A stretch of DNA of 63,775 nt, filler included, from Octopus bimaculoides (Eukaryota): assembly GCF_001194135.2 (NCBI RefSeq). It is 4 parts of 4 records of this genome, joined end to end, with 100 filler letters (N's around TTAATTAATTAA, not from the genome) between each part and the next. Parts side by side here need not be neighbours in the genome. Positions count along the whole stretch, not along the records: positions 1 to 25,923 come from NC_068987.1; positions 26,024 to 55,313 come from NC_068992.1; 2 more parts are not named here. The stretch is one strand, 5' to 3'. The notes under the pieces are model-generated. The model saw only the letters and a list, made by a program, of their open reading frames with translations. It did not search any database and had not been told where the DNA came from. A program made the translations under genes and the position numbers. This document shows, one piece after another, positions 24,270 through 37,261 of the stretch. Each line of letters begins with the position of its first letter. Positions within the stretch are counted from its first letter, which is position 1.

Positions 24270-24831
24270 GCCCTGATGCAGTATCAGGCACTGACTCTCA
24301 TGGCTTTTCGTTTTAACTGATTTGAAGTGTTATCATGTACATTGTTTTGTCTTGGTATAAAAGACGGGCTACAGCAAATATTCTGCTCAATACCACAGAC
24401 TTGCTTGTCAGCTGTTTGACCTTAACCAGTTGAGCATGTCCCTTGGTGGCTGACGATATGTGCACCTCTGATCACGAGCAGAAGTGGGGGAGCACCATAG
24501 CTATCTATTAAGAGGAATTATTTGGGGTTTGAATAATTCACCTCTGGAAAAATGGGTCTTTTGTTCATCATCCTTAAACAAATCTTATTCAGGGACCTTT
24601 TGAACGGGATGGGCTACTCGACCTGAAGAAAATTCTAACTTGGCCCCACCTTCAAGGTTATGCGCTGTCAATCTTGATATGAGATCACCATATCGCACAC
24701 ATACGGTTGTGATGTATGTGCTTGGTGAGCCCTTATCAGATAGATAGTCATGATGGGTATACTGGGCTTCGTATATTTGTACCTCAGTGTCACCTTCATG
24801 GTATGCACTGCTCTCTCACGCAATAATAATA

Positions 24832-25520
24832 AAAACAAGAAAGCTATTGACTAGATATGGGGCATTTCATCTAAAGAGTGACAACGACAGACTATGTGAA
24901 CCAAGACAAAGGGCGGGGGGAAGAGGACTGACTGGGTGCAAACACAGCATTAGAGCAGAAGAACACATGGCATGGTAAATAAAAATGCCACAGAACTGCT
25001 ATTCTTGGAAGTAAGAAGAACAGGTTTGTGCAAAATTGAAGATTGCAAAGAAAACACAGTACAAACATTTGAAGGTGAATGAAACTGCAAATAGGAGGAT
25101 TGAGGAAAAGAATGCACGGACAGTTGCATAGAGATGTTTAAAATAGGAGAGACAGAAGAAAATGGTGGTTTTGGATGGCTAAAAGTGATTTAAAACTGGA
25201 AACGGAGGCCTTAAACTGTACTGTTCAAGAGAAAGCATCAATAACTAATTACATTAAACATAGAAAAAAAAAAAAACTACGCAACAAAAAGCAGTAAGTG
25301 CAAGATTTGTGTATAGAATGGGGAAACTGTACGGCATATTAACGGTCAACGTACATAATTAGCTCGGAATAAAGTTTCAGTCGGAATAATAACATAGCAA
25401 GACAAGTCCATTTGGCCCTTCGCAACAAGTATGGACTTGACAGAGCAGAACAGTACTACGAATGTAAACCCGAAGGCATTATCGAAAAGGATAATACAAA
25501 GATCCTGTAGGACTTTATGG
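24832..25520 (+). mobile_element. R4/Dong-like (restriction-like endonuclease clade) non-LTR retrotransposon fragment, C-terminal region
   Basis: KTRKLLTRYGAFHLKSDNDRLCEPRQRAGGRGL, decayed ETEAL...TNYIK...SKCKIC...ETVRHI zinc motif, and KIL*DF (normally KILWDF). Confidence 0.7.
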
Positions 25521-25590
25521 CGAAGTCGACCTCGGCTGAATTTAAACTCAGAACGGAAAGACAGACGAAATACCAATTTCTTTATTGCCC
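25520..25590 (-). mobile_element. SINE family A fragment
   Basis: gaagtcgacctcggctgaatttaaactcagaacggaaagacagacgaaatacc. Confidence 0.7.
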
Positions 25591-25923
25591 ACAGGGGGCT
25601 AAACGTAGAATGGTACAAAACAACTGATTGGGATCAGTAATGCGAATGGTTTACATAAAATATGACTTAAAAATTTTATAAAATATAAAAAATCGAATGA
25701 TATTAACAGTACGTTAGACAACACAAATGAAGCGATGATCAGGCCACGCTCCGACCCCACAAGCCCCGATCTATCGCTGGCACCTTTTTGTTTTTTCCTT
25801 TTTTTTTCCTGACTATTCACACGGTTCCTTTCACGCACAACACTCGTGCAACATGCTTCCATCTCTTTTGGAACGTACACTCCGACAGACATCTCCTCCA
25901 GCCACACTTTCCTTTTCAAATGA

Positions 25924-26023
25924 NNNNNNNNNNNNNNNNNNNNNNNNNNNNNNNNNNNNNNNNNNNNTTAATTAATTAANNNNNNNNNNNNNNNNNNNNN
26001 NNNNNNNNNNNNNNNNNNNNNNN
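25924..26023. other. Artificial 100-bp gap (44 N + TTAATTAATTAA + 44 N)
   Basis: Identical layout at 55314-55413 and 60619-60718; the 12-mer is palindromic with stops in all six frames. Confidence 0.9.
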
Positions 26024-26055
<32 letters not shown>

Positions 26056-26329
26056 CCTAATATAATAATGAGCGCAGTAATTTTATATATTTGTGTATGT
26101 ATGCGTATATATATATATATATTTGTCCAAAATCACGCAGTGGGAGGGGGTAGCAGAAAGAGTAGTATAAATGAAGGGAAAGGACAGAAAATAGTAATTC
26201 AGTGAAGGAGAAGTAGTGAGAGAAAGTAAAAAGCAATGAGAGAAAGGCAGTGGCAAAGAGAGCGTCATCGTTATATATGCTTGCAGAAGCTGCCCTATAA
26301 AATAGGGTTGCTGGTCACTCAGACGAATC

Positions 26330-28290
26330 ATATGTTAACTTCAAAGTAAACATAAGGTCATACAACTCTGCTCTATCTTTCGCATCTATGAGTGCTCATA
26401 TTGATGACCCACAAGGATGAGGTCCATTCGCACATGCATACTGTTGAGGGCCAAAAGATGCAATTTGAGCAACTGTATGTTATTGATAGCGTTCAAGCCA
26501 CCGCAGTGTGGGCTCTAAATGCAGCAAATGGAAGATGTATACCTGGGGTGATGCACAAATTGGATGAGATTATCATTTTTTTTTCTAATCTATGCACAAG
26601 GCCCCAAATTTTGGAGAAGCGGGCCAGTCGATTAGATCGACTCCAGTACGCAACTAGAATTTAATTTATCGACCCCGAAAGGATGAAAAGCAAAGTTTAC
26701 TTCGACGGAATTTGAACTCAGAACGTAAAGACAGACAAAACACCGCTAAGCATTTCGTCCGGCGTACTAATGTTTCTGTAAGCTCGCCGCCTTATCGGAT
26801 GAGATTAACAGAAACAACGATGTCTATGCTGCATCTTACTGGACATTATGAGAAGTAGAATTACATGAGGAGCAGCATGTCCAACTAGAACAGAGACCTG
26901 TGTCTGTTGTAAATTTAGTGTTCAACAAGGATCGCACTGCTGATAAGCAGAAATACAATTTACCAACAGTTAAGGAAATAGCTATGATCTTCAGTAATAC
27001 TAAAGACGAGCCACCATTCAACAGATATTTCAAGGTTTACCCAAAAAACAATGAAGTCCCTGTGATAAGGCTAAACATTCTTAGCCCCAACCTTGACCCA
27101 ATGACGTGTATTGTTCCTTGCACATGGAGAGCCAGGGTGGCAACCACATATGGTTGGTAAAAACAATAGAGAAAACTCAAGGCAAAATGCTACAATGCTC
27201 CAACACAAAGTATCTCTTACAGCAGACAGAGATTGTGAATTCAATCCAGTTATCCATGGAGGTAAGCTCTTCCAACAATGGGCAGTAGACTCTTACCTGC
27301 AAGTAGAAAGTAACATTATAAATTTTGTGAAGACCCATCAACACATGTTAAAAGCAGAACAATACCATTGTCTTGCTGATCATTTACAGAACGCTGCTAA
27401 TGCTGCGAATGCTCAAGTAGGAAGTACAGTTACCTTGCCTTCATCATTTCAAAGTTCTCTTAAGAATATGCAAGAGCGCTACCAAGACGTCATGGATATT
27501 GGGGGCATATATGGTCCTCCTGATATCATTCTCACAATAACCTGCAACCCTAAGTGTCAGGAAATTAGAGAGAAATCACTTCCAGGCCAAAGTTCATCAG
27601 AAAGACCGGACTTGGTGGCCCGTGTATTCAATATAAAGCTACACGAACTCTTGAATGACATCATCAAGAAACATATATTTGGAAGAGTTACAGGTTACTG
27701 CTACACCATTGAATTTCAAAAGAGGGGATTACCACATGCCCATCTTGCACCCTGATGATAAATTGGATGAACCTGAAGGAATTAATTAAACTTTCTTAGT
27801 CGAGGTCCCGGATCCCGTCACTGAACCCTTACTACATGAAACAGTGAAAAGGTAGATTATCCATGGGCCCTGTGGTGATCTCAGCCCTGCTGCTCCATTA
27901 ATGGAAAATAACAAGCGTCTTAAAGAATTTCCAAAGGAGTACCACCAATAGACAAGGATAAACCCAATCGGTTACCTGTTGTACAAGCGACGTCAAGTGG
28001 TATTAGTTCGAGTTGGCAACCATGCAATAGACATCCTATATGTAGTGCCCTACAATAAATCTCTGTGCCGTATGTTCAATGCTCATATTTGTGTTGAGTT
28101 TTGCCTCTTCGACCCCTCTGTGCAATATATTTACAAGAATATCTACAAAGGATATGGCTCCATCAATATTGACATCAATGAAACAACTTCAAACATGAGA
28201 TTGTGCATGATGAAGTACGCAACCATTTAGATGCTAGGTATGTGAATGCTCCCGGAAGTATGTGGGAACTGCTTGGGAATAAAATGCATG
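26330..28290 (+). pseudogene. Helitron Rep (HUH endonuclease) region, frameshifted
   Basis: NIRSYNSALSFASM, YNLPTVKEIA, HGEPGW, GKLFQQWAVDSY, LTITCNPK (motif 1), YTIEFQKRGLPHAH (HUH motif 2), QYIYKNIYKG (decayed motif 3). Confidence 0.93.
26573..26794 (-). mobile_element. SINE family A nested in Helitron, 11-bp TSD
   Basis: ggatgagatta at 26562-26572 and 26797-26807; Helitron peptide resumes after the insertion. Confidence 0.9.
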
Positions 28291-28813
28291 ACAAATCTAA
28301 TTCAGTAAATTCGTCTGCCACAAGAGCAACTTATATACTTTGAAGAAGGTCAAGAGAGATGGGCACATGAGAGAGCAACACAGAAGAACACACCACTGAC
28401 AGCTTGGTATCTTCTGACTCAAACATGAAAATGCCCGGAACTTGCATTATTCGGATATTCCGTGCAGTTATGTCTTCAATATGCAGACTACTGTATGGGA
28501 GCGCGGACAGAGGAGGTGATAAAGTCATCTCCAGACTGTACACCGTTAGCCCGAAGGATGAGGAGCAATTTATCTTGAAGGTGATGTTGCACGTTCTTGA
28601 AGGTTGAAGTTATGAGGACATATGGTTGTTTCCGATCTAGTTTGAATTCTTTGCCATCAAATTTGATGGCAAAGAATCCAAACTAGATCGAAAACATCTA
28701 TAAAACAGTAGATTGTGTAAACTGCGACTCATTTAAATAAGCTGCTCTCAAAAAATTTAGTTCAAAAGGATGAAGAATGGCACAGGTGCATAGAAGCAGC
28801 GTCTGTTACAAGT

Positions 28814-30260
28814 ATGCCGTTTCAGCTAAGACAATTGTTTGCTCATATTTACATCTTCAACATCCCAGCTAACCCTTCGCAGCTGTACCATCAGTTTGAG
28901 GACGGGATAATTAAGGATTTCACAAGAATTAACACTCGAGAGGCGGCCATCCAGAGAACATTATATGATATTGAGTTAACACTGCGAGTACATGGGCTAT
29001 GCTACAGAGATTTGCATCTTCCAGTCCCAGCTGCAGCAGCCTTTCATGAAGTAACTGCTGAAAATAACAATGTTGAAGTTGATATTGAGCGGCGCATTGC
29101 ATCCTTTACCGAGGCTCAGCACCAGATCTATGAACACATTATTGCAGCCATCAATGACGATGAAAGACGAAGTAGATTCCTTTTCCTCGATGACCGTGGA
29201 GGTACAAGAATGACCTACCTGTACAATACATTGATAGCTTCTCTAAGAAGGCAAAACAAGTGTGTCCTTACCTATGCCACTACAAGTATAGTTGCTGATT
29301 TGCTCATTGATGGAACGACAGTTCACAGTGGATTCAAGCTACCCATCCCATTGCATAATAGTTCCACCTCTCACATAAGAATCCCTTCAGGGTCATCTGA
29401 AAAATTAAAGCAGGCTCACCTTTTAATTATTGATGAAGCATCAATGCTAACATGCAATGCTCTGAGAGCCATTGATCTGCTGCTGAGGCAAATAATGAAT
29501 TCGTCCACACCACTCGGTGGAAAAGTGCCGCTACATGGTAGACGCTTCAGACAAACTGCACCTGTCATCCCAAGAGGATCCAATGCAGCAGTAATTGAAT
29601 CCTCAAGCAATCTCCTCTCTGACATTTCATAACAAAGCTTAGTTTGACAGATATTATGCTCATGGCTAGACAAGATGACTTCACCATGTGGCACTTAGAG
29701 GCTGGAAGAACTGGAAGTATGGAAGGAATAGAAGAAAACCACATAGAAATTCCTCAAAACATGGTAAATACAAATAATATTGCTAGATATATATATATTT
29801 TTTTGAGCGGGGAGAATTATTATAAACAATGATGAGGCAGTTGAAAGAGTGCCATCGATAATCATTTTGACACCTAAAAACAAAGACTGTCTTCACATAA
29901 ACACTGACAGAATGTCATTATTGTCTGGTGAGGCAACAAGCTGCAGAATAGGACCCGGGTGTTAGTGCTGTTCATCAAGCATTTTTTCATTCATGGAAAA
30001 ATACTTAATGGAAGTAAGAAATGAGAGGAGGCCTTTATTTCGTGCATTAACCTCCATTCCAGTGGGACAATTCTTCCTTTTAGTAGGAGTAGACGACAGT
30101 TTCCTGTTATCTCAGCATTTGCACTGACTATAAACAAATCACACCGGCAGAGCTTCAATAATGTTGGCATCATCCTACCATTACCAGTATTCAACCATGG
30201 GCAACGTTTATGTTGCATTAAATACAAGAAGCAATGATAACGTTAAAATATTGGTAAAGG
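28814..30260 (+). pseudogene. Helitron Pif1-family (SF1B) helicase, inactivated
   Basis: FLDDRGGTRMTYLY (decayed Walker A), LLIIDEASM (Walker B), LGGKV...FRQTAPV, RRQFPVISAFALTINKSH...VFNHGQRYVAL. Confidence 0.93.
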
Positions 30261-30414
30261 ACCATCCAAAACAAGGTGAACTCATTGGTGGTAGGGTTTT
30301 TACTAGAAACGTAGTGTTGAAACAGTTATTAAGATAAAGGTTGTAATCTTTTCATTTTATTTTCCATATAATTTTCATGCCGTCATTTCTGACGGCACGG
30401 TAACACTAGTATTC

Positions 30415-30650
30415 TTATTTCCTTTATTCGTTTATTTGTTTCAGTCATTTGACTGCGGCTATGCAGGAGCACCACCTTTAGTCGAATAAATCAACCCCAG
30501 GACTTATTCTTTGGAAGACTAGTACTTATTCTATCGGTCTCTTTTGCCGAACCAGTAAGTTACAGGAACATAAACATACCAGCATCGGTTATCAAGCGAT
30601 GGTGGAGGTACAAACACAGACAACCAAACACATCCCCACATATATACATA

Positions 30651-30701
<51 letters not shown>

Positions 30702-30862
30702 GGCGGCTTCTTTCAGTTTCCGTCTACAAAATCCACTCACAAAGCTTTGGTCGGCCCGAAGTTATAGTAGAAGACACTTGCCCAATGTGCCACTCAGTGG
30801 GACTTAATCCGGAACCATGTGGTTAGTAAGCAAGCTATTTACCTCACAGCCACTCCTGCATA
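30415..30862 (-). mobile_element. CORE-type SINE family B, full length with (TA)n middle
   Basis: Head caggagtggctgtgaggtaaatagcttgcttactaaccacatggttccgg on the minus strand through tail gactgaaacaaataaacg. Confidence 0.88.
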
Positions 30863-30884
30863 TATAAGAAATTTTGAATTTAGT

Positions 30885-30952
30885 TCACGGACCACCAGTA
30901 CTCCCTTTGCAGACCACCAGGTGTCCGCAGACCCCAGGTCGGGAACCACTGA
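30885..30952. mobile_element. hAT-like MITE terminal fragment
   Basis: gtccgcagaccccaggtcgggaaccactg resembles hAT/Charlie-type ends. Confidence 0.4.
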
Positions 30953-31595
30953 TTCAGTGGATAGATCGAAATTTAGTAAACTGTGATCAAAATCCAGGTG
31001 AGTTGGGAGAGGATTTCTTATAACATTAAATTATGGATGGGTTCAAGATGAAGAAGTATAATCAGTAGGAGAAGTATTTATTTGTACTCGTGTAAGCTAA
31101 TTATTTAAGATCTTCGATTTGAAATGCTAAGTATGTTTTACAGTATGAAAGAGAAATGAATGAAAAGTTCATTACATTTATTAAGTTGTAGTTACATTTG
31201 TTTACTTCCAACACTTTCCCAAAGCATAAATTGCATTGAGAGCCACCGCCATTATTCGGTGGGCCACTACCTGAGAGATACAGTAGTTAACGTTATTTTC
31301 CTCGTAGTTTTATATGTATTTGACTAATGGCCTAACAATTTCGTTTAACTAGAAAGAAGTATTGTGATTGTGCGTCTACTGTTGAATTTTCCAGCGGAAG
31401 CTCTTATGTGTTAATAGACACTTCCATACGTAATCGGCTGCTCTAATATCCGCTAAGTTAAGTGTCGTAGAGTATGCAACTTTTACAGTAAGTCTACTGA
31501 ATGTATACCTACTTGAAGGGGGAAATATTTGTCCAAGATCATAAAGAATTTATCTGGAATGTTTTTGGGTACATGAACACCGAGTAGAATATTAT

Positions 31596-32305
31596 CGTGC
31601 CAGAGCAACTGATACCAGGACAACTCATATCAGACAACTCATAACTGGACAATTGAAATCTAGGACAACTCACACCAGGTATAAAGCGTTAAAGATTTAA
31701 TTTTGCAAGAAAAATGTAGAATAAATAACCGCGCACACAACACAGGCACAAACACACATACACACACCGCACATACAAATACACACCACACACGCGCACA
31801 CACATACAGACACACCACATACACATACACAAATAAACGTCACACAAACCACACACATGGACACACACATACACACCACATACACACGCAAAAACACACC
31901 ACATACACAAACATACATACACACACACCACACACACAAAATATACACCACACACACCACTTACACACATACACATGCACCCACATATCTACTCACACAT
32001 CACACACAAATACACACACACCACACATCACCCACACACATATGCACACACCACACACACACAGATACACTCACACCACACTCCACCGGCACAAATACGC
32101 ACACACCACACAGACGCCCGCACACTCATATTCAAAATTAAATCTTTATGACATTATACCCGTTATGAGTTGTCCTATATATCAGCTGTCCTAGGTATCC
32201 ATTGTCCAGGTATCCATTGTCCAGGTATCCATTGTCCAGGTATGAGTTGTCCGGGATTGAGTTGGCCTGGTATCAGCTGCTCCCTTATCAGTTGCCCTAG
32301 AACCG
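31596..32305. mobile_element. Foldback MITE with 15-bp subterminal repeats and CA-rich interior
   Basis: Left cgtgccagagcaactgataccaggacaactc; right gagttggcctggtatcagctg...tatcagttgccctagaaccg; tandem tatccattgtccagg x3; inner inverted pair aaagatttaattttg / caaaattaaatcttt. Confidence 0.7.
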
Positions 32306-33129
32306 GACATTTTACCAGGAAATCTTTCAACTACGTGTTCTAGTTTCGCTAGAATTTCTTTTAATTATAACTGATATTTATATCACTAAAAGTCTGTATA
32401 TTTTCATCGATAATAGTATACAAAACGCTGCCCCAGAGCCAGGTCGCTTCCTCCTACACATATTACTGCAAATTCTATAGCCCAATCTGCTGAACAACTG
32501 AATAAATTCACATGAAATGAAAGTCATATAAGCAATACACTCCTTTTCTTCACTTAATAAAATACTTCTTACCTATCCTATTTTTACATCCCTCTGCCTG
32601 ATTAACTCTATTACTATGATAACTTTAATTCAAATCACCGATGTATGTACTCTACTGTACTTCAGTGTGTTTGCGTTCGTTATATTGGTAAATTTCCTTG
32701 TTAGTTCAGAGTCTACACAGTCTAAAAGAGAGATCTTTCATGAAAACTTAATGCTCTACGATTGTTAGAACATCTATTGACATATTTGTGTTTGTCATTA
32801 GGTTTGTAGTACGGACCATAAGGCCCAGTACTGACATCTAATGTAACGTCCACGTTGTAATTTACCACAGTGTACTCTTTCTATACACCAGAAGAACGCG
32901 TCCTATGCTTTTGAAAAATTGAGTAATTTTCTGACAATTACGTTCTCATTCATTACAATAACATTATAGAATCTAGACAAAGTGTCATCCCTATGGAGAC
33001 CAATCCCCAGCCCCTGGAACAATTTATTAATGCAGTGTCAGGTATAAATGCGTACTTGATCCGTAGCTTGCGCCGAGTCGCAAGGGGTGCTTACCGATTT
33101 ACTTGGAGCTAATCGTTATTCTCATTCAA

Positions 33130-34070
33130 CCATTCATTCTCTCTCTCTTTCTCTTTCTCCCCCTCTCTATTTCTCCCCTCTCTCTCTCTCTCTTTCTCCC
33201 CCTCTCTCTCTTTCTCTTTATCTCTCTCCCTCTCTCTTTCTCCCCTCTCTCTCTTTCTCTCTCTCTGTATATATATGTATATATACTCATACACATAGAA
33301 TGCATATATATATGTTTGAATGTAAACACACATATATATAATATATTTATGTATATGTATAAATGTATGTATGTGTATATATTCATTTACATATATATGC
33401 TTATATGTTTGTGTGAGTGTGTAAGTGTATGCACCCAAGCATGTCTATGACAGAGAAGTAGATGTTTGAAAGTATAAGACTGATATAACTAGTGATATAT
33501 TGTATGCTACAATGCACATAGAATTACTAAAAAGGTGAAAAAAATATTTTACAAAATTTATAAACTGAGAAATCTTTCTGGCAGAATGAAAAAATCACAA
33601 GTAGTTCGTAGAAATCACCAATATGTGCACAAAAAATATTTTTATAAAAATCATTTGAAACAAAAATAAATATTAATATTTCAATGTAACTAAAAATATA
33701 TCGAATTGAAAAAAAATTAATGAAAACTACTCACACTATACACGTATAATATTTTGAATATCAAAGCAGAAAGTTCAGCAGAAAATTAAGTTGAAGAACA
33801 TTAGAATAGTACACAGACAGAAAATTTGAAATGTTTTTATACATATACACAATAAAATTTACATATAGAAAACACAGACACACATATATACATGTATGTA
33901 TGCATGTATGTATGTATGTATGTATGTATGTATGTATGTATGTACGTATGTATGTATGTATGTATGTGTGTGTATGTAGTATATATGTATGCGTGTATAT
34001 ATATGTTTATGTGTATATATGCGTGTGTATGTATGTGTGTGTGTGTATACATGCATATATATGACGGCTA
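33130..34070. repeat. Microsatellite cluster (CT)n, (TA/TG)n, (TATG)n
   Basis: Direct inspection. Confidence 0.9.
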
Positions 34071-37000
34071 TGTATATCTATATATTTGTATGTGTGTGTA
34101 TCTGTGTATAATGCTGAAATATCAAGGATTTTATTATCAATACAATGGTATGTTTTTATTCAAGTACAAAAGAAAATGAATAGCCCCCCACCACCACAAT
34201 ACGCACAATGACCATTCGTTTAAATATAGTCTTCCGGAACTAAACGGTATTGAACCGAATAATTTATTAAGAGGCAAAAATCACAATGTATAATACTGTC
34301 ATAATCCAGCCATTTATCCATAAAGTACATATACACATGCTGACGATATAAAGAAAGACATAAACAAATATTTGCAGATCGCCATACAATCACTTACATA
34401 GTGTTTCAGAGAGATACAGAAATAAGTTGAATAGAAACAAAAGTGAAGGAGATTAATTTCAAATGGAATATAATGTTCGGTGTACTCTTAAATATAGGTC
34501 TTGAGTTTCCTCCAGTTCACCAGACCCGCATCAAAAATATAATCTATTGCATTAAGAATTTGATCGTCATTTCACCTCTCACCTACAAAAAACTCAACTA
34601 CTTCTTTATCAAATTATAATACCTTCTACCCTGCTCTACCATTCAGATCAACCATTTTTACAATGTTTTCACCTTCCTGGATCTTATTGTTTCTATTGAC
34701 CAAGCAAAACACATCTAATACACCTCTAATAATTCAAAAAATCACTCACAACTCAATTGCATCTTATTTTAAGCTCATTCGCCTCCTCCGCTTCTCCGTT
34801 TATGACCTCGGATTTGAGTTGTAAGCCCTAACTTACTGTTGTCTAGTTCATCCCACCCTTACACACTCAAACTAATCTGCATGCTAGTTTACCAACATCT
34901 CTCGTACCCTACGTCTATTTCTCACTTTACAATCCCCTCTCTCTTTTCTGTCATTATGATATCTTTCTGCCACGTGACACAATGACCATAGCCCATTCAT
35001 TATCACTTAAATAGATATCTCTTACTTTCTCTCACAGGAGAGAAAGCACTATTGTCTGAAATGTTGAACGCACATTTAATGTTTCCTTCCATCAACTACA
35101 GGATGCAACATGATAAAATAACCATGCATCAACTATGATCTAGGAGATATGTTTCTTTTTCAGATTATGTACCACTGAGTTATTTGGTACACAGATTAAC
35201 ACATCTACATTAACATATTACTTCCATTTCGGATTACACTGAATTCACTATTATGATTTTCATTTCTTGGTCGCGCTGTTTTGTAATTTTCTCTCTTGTA
35301 ATCATTGTACTTCCAGTTTATATTTATTCTGTCCTTAGTCCATCATTACAGTAATACATTTGTACAATTAAATGTTTTGAGTTTAATATTAATATTCTTT
35401 TGATGATAGTATTTATTTTTATTATTTGATTAGTTTATTAGTGAGTGGCAGAGAACTTTATCGATATTTAATAGTTTTCCTTACGAAATTGTGTAATGTA
35501 GCTCACACTAATAAATATGTTTAACCTTATTTCAAAAAGCTTAAATGACTTAGTTTAATTCTGGTAAATATTTTCAAGTTGAAATCAGTTGATACTTCTA
35601 TTGATATGTTTCTAAATTTGTTTAGGTAATCGTTATCCTAGAAATAACGTTGCTAATGTCTTAATGTTATCTAATTTCTCAGACTTTATCAAATTCTAAG
35701 ACTTTATCAAAGAAAAAACAGCAATGTGTCATTACAAACATCTTATACGCTAATGGAAAATACATAAAGCGGTGGATTTTCAGAGGAATGTCTAGTTATT
35801 GTATTCGTAAATTCTTTCAAAAGAGTCTGAAAACGAAACTAAATCTAAATAATTTTAATTGAAAGAAGTTTCCATTTTAATGTTACAGTTTCTGAAATAC
35901 TCCCAATAACATTTTAACTAATAACAAATAACATAATGTAAACATTTCCAGAAATCAATGACAAGCAAGTAGAGCTCTTTTGAACTACTAAACATGTATT
36001 GTTAACAGGAATCTTACCAATTGTGATAAATAAGATATATCATTTGCAGGACGAATTACACAGCATTCTTTAGACACCACATAATGAAACAGTATGTACT
36101 ACACAAAAATTAAAATATTATTGAAGTTTCACTTCTCTGCTACAAACCCGCTGCACTAAATTCCTAAACGTCATGGAATGTAATAATTGAAAATCCTAGA
36201 TATTACAATCACTTTGACAATCTTTTGTTCTTGATTTTACTGTTATGCATAATTTGGATGAAGAACAACATAATTTCATTTTTATAAATCTAGAAACCAA
36301 TTGAGCTTACCGTTACCCGTTATTAAACACATGATTTGACGATAATAGATTCGAAAACGCGTCACTATCTTAGTTTAACCAGCATTAGGCCGCTTCAGTA
36401 TGCAACTTTGGGGATATTTATTAAAGCTATCTTTCTTTGTGTGTGTGAATGATGCATCAACAAGAAAATAATGAAGGTTACGCTCCTTAATTCTATATAG
36501 CAACTTTTCTGGCGCTATTTGGACTTCAGTTTCTAATGAGGTTCAAGACACATGTATGGAACCTTCTACGCTGCAATAATATACATATACTGTTGCAGAA
36601 TGATAACATTATACAATGGAGACTTTATGTGAATTTATGTTCGATACCAACTTTGATTTCATTTCAAAGCGAATTTGAGACAAACTGTCACTAAAAGTTA
36701 TTAAACAAAGATATCATACAAACACAATTTTAGAGGAATATGCATGCAAGGAATGAACATTTAACAAATCAAATATGAAATATGGATTTAGGTGTTTAAA
36801 TATCTTATCTGAATTTTCCACGGCCTTTAACAAATTATGCTATTATTTTGTTTTCATTTAAATTTAAATAATTGCGCCCAGTAATAAGACATATGAATAT
36901 AAGCAGTTGTTCTGAATCATTGACGACAGTTGGCAATATATTGAAGGCTTTATTTATTTATTGATTTATTCACTTTTTGAAATACGGATGTAAACATTTA

Positions 37001-37228
37001 TGTTAATGAAGTATCTATATAAATGGCCATAATTATATTTATGCTCGTGTTTAAGATCGTAAAGATGTAAAAAGATAAGATGCATTATAGGAAAGAAACC
37101 TTGTAGCGAGGTAAAATTATAAAAATATAAAGAGAAATAAGTGAAGAAGTCTGAAAATAGCAGCAGTAAGAAATATCACAGGAAAATATCGATTTATCAA
37201 TCCATATGCATACACACCCATACATACA

Positions 37229-37261
<33 letters not shown>

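Larger units (their letters stand above)
26055..30409 (+). mobile_element. Decayed Helitron with both putative termini
   Basis: Putative 5' A|TCCTAATATAATAATG at 26055; 3' hairpin tgccgtca-tttc-tgacggca (30378-30397) then CTAG (30406-30409) followed by T; Rep and Pif1 helicase remnants between. The 5' end is less certain than the 3' end. Confidence 0.85.

Noticed and set aside
31689-32194. His/Thr- and Cys/Val-rich ORFs (also 33831-34179, 43297-43512, 54388-55001)
   Set aside because: Translations of CA/TG/TATG microsatellites
32420-32510. Possible small minus-strand exon (ADWAIEFAVICVGGSDLALGQRF)
   Set aside because: Short, weak donor site and no homology recognised
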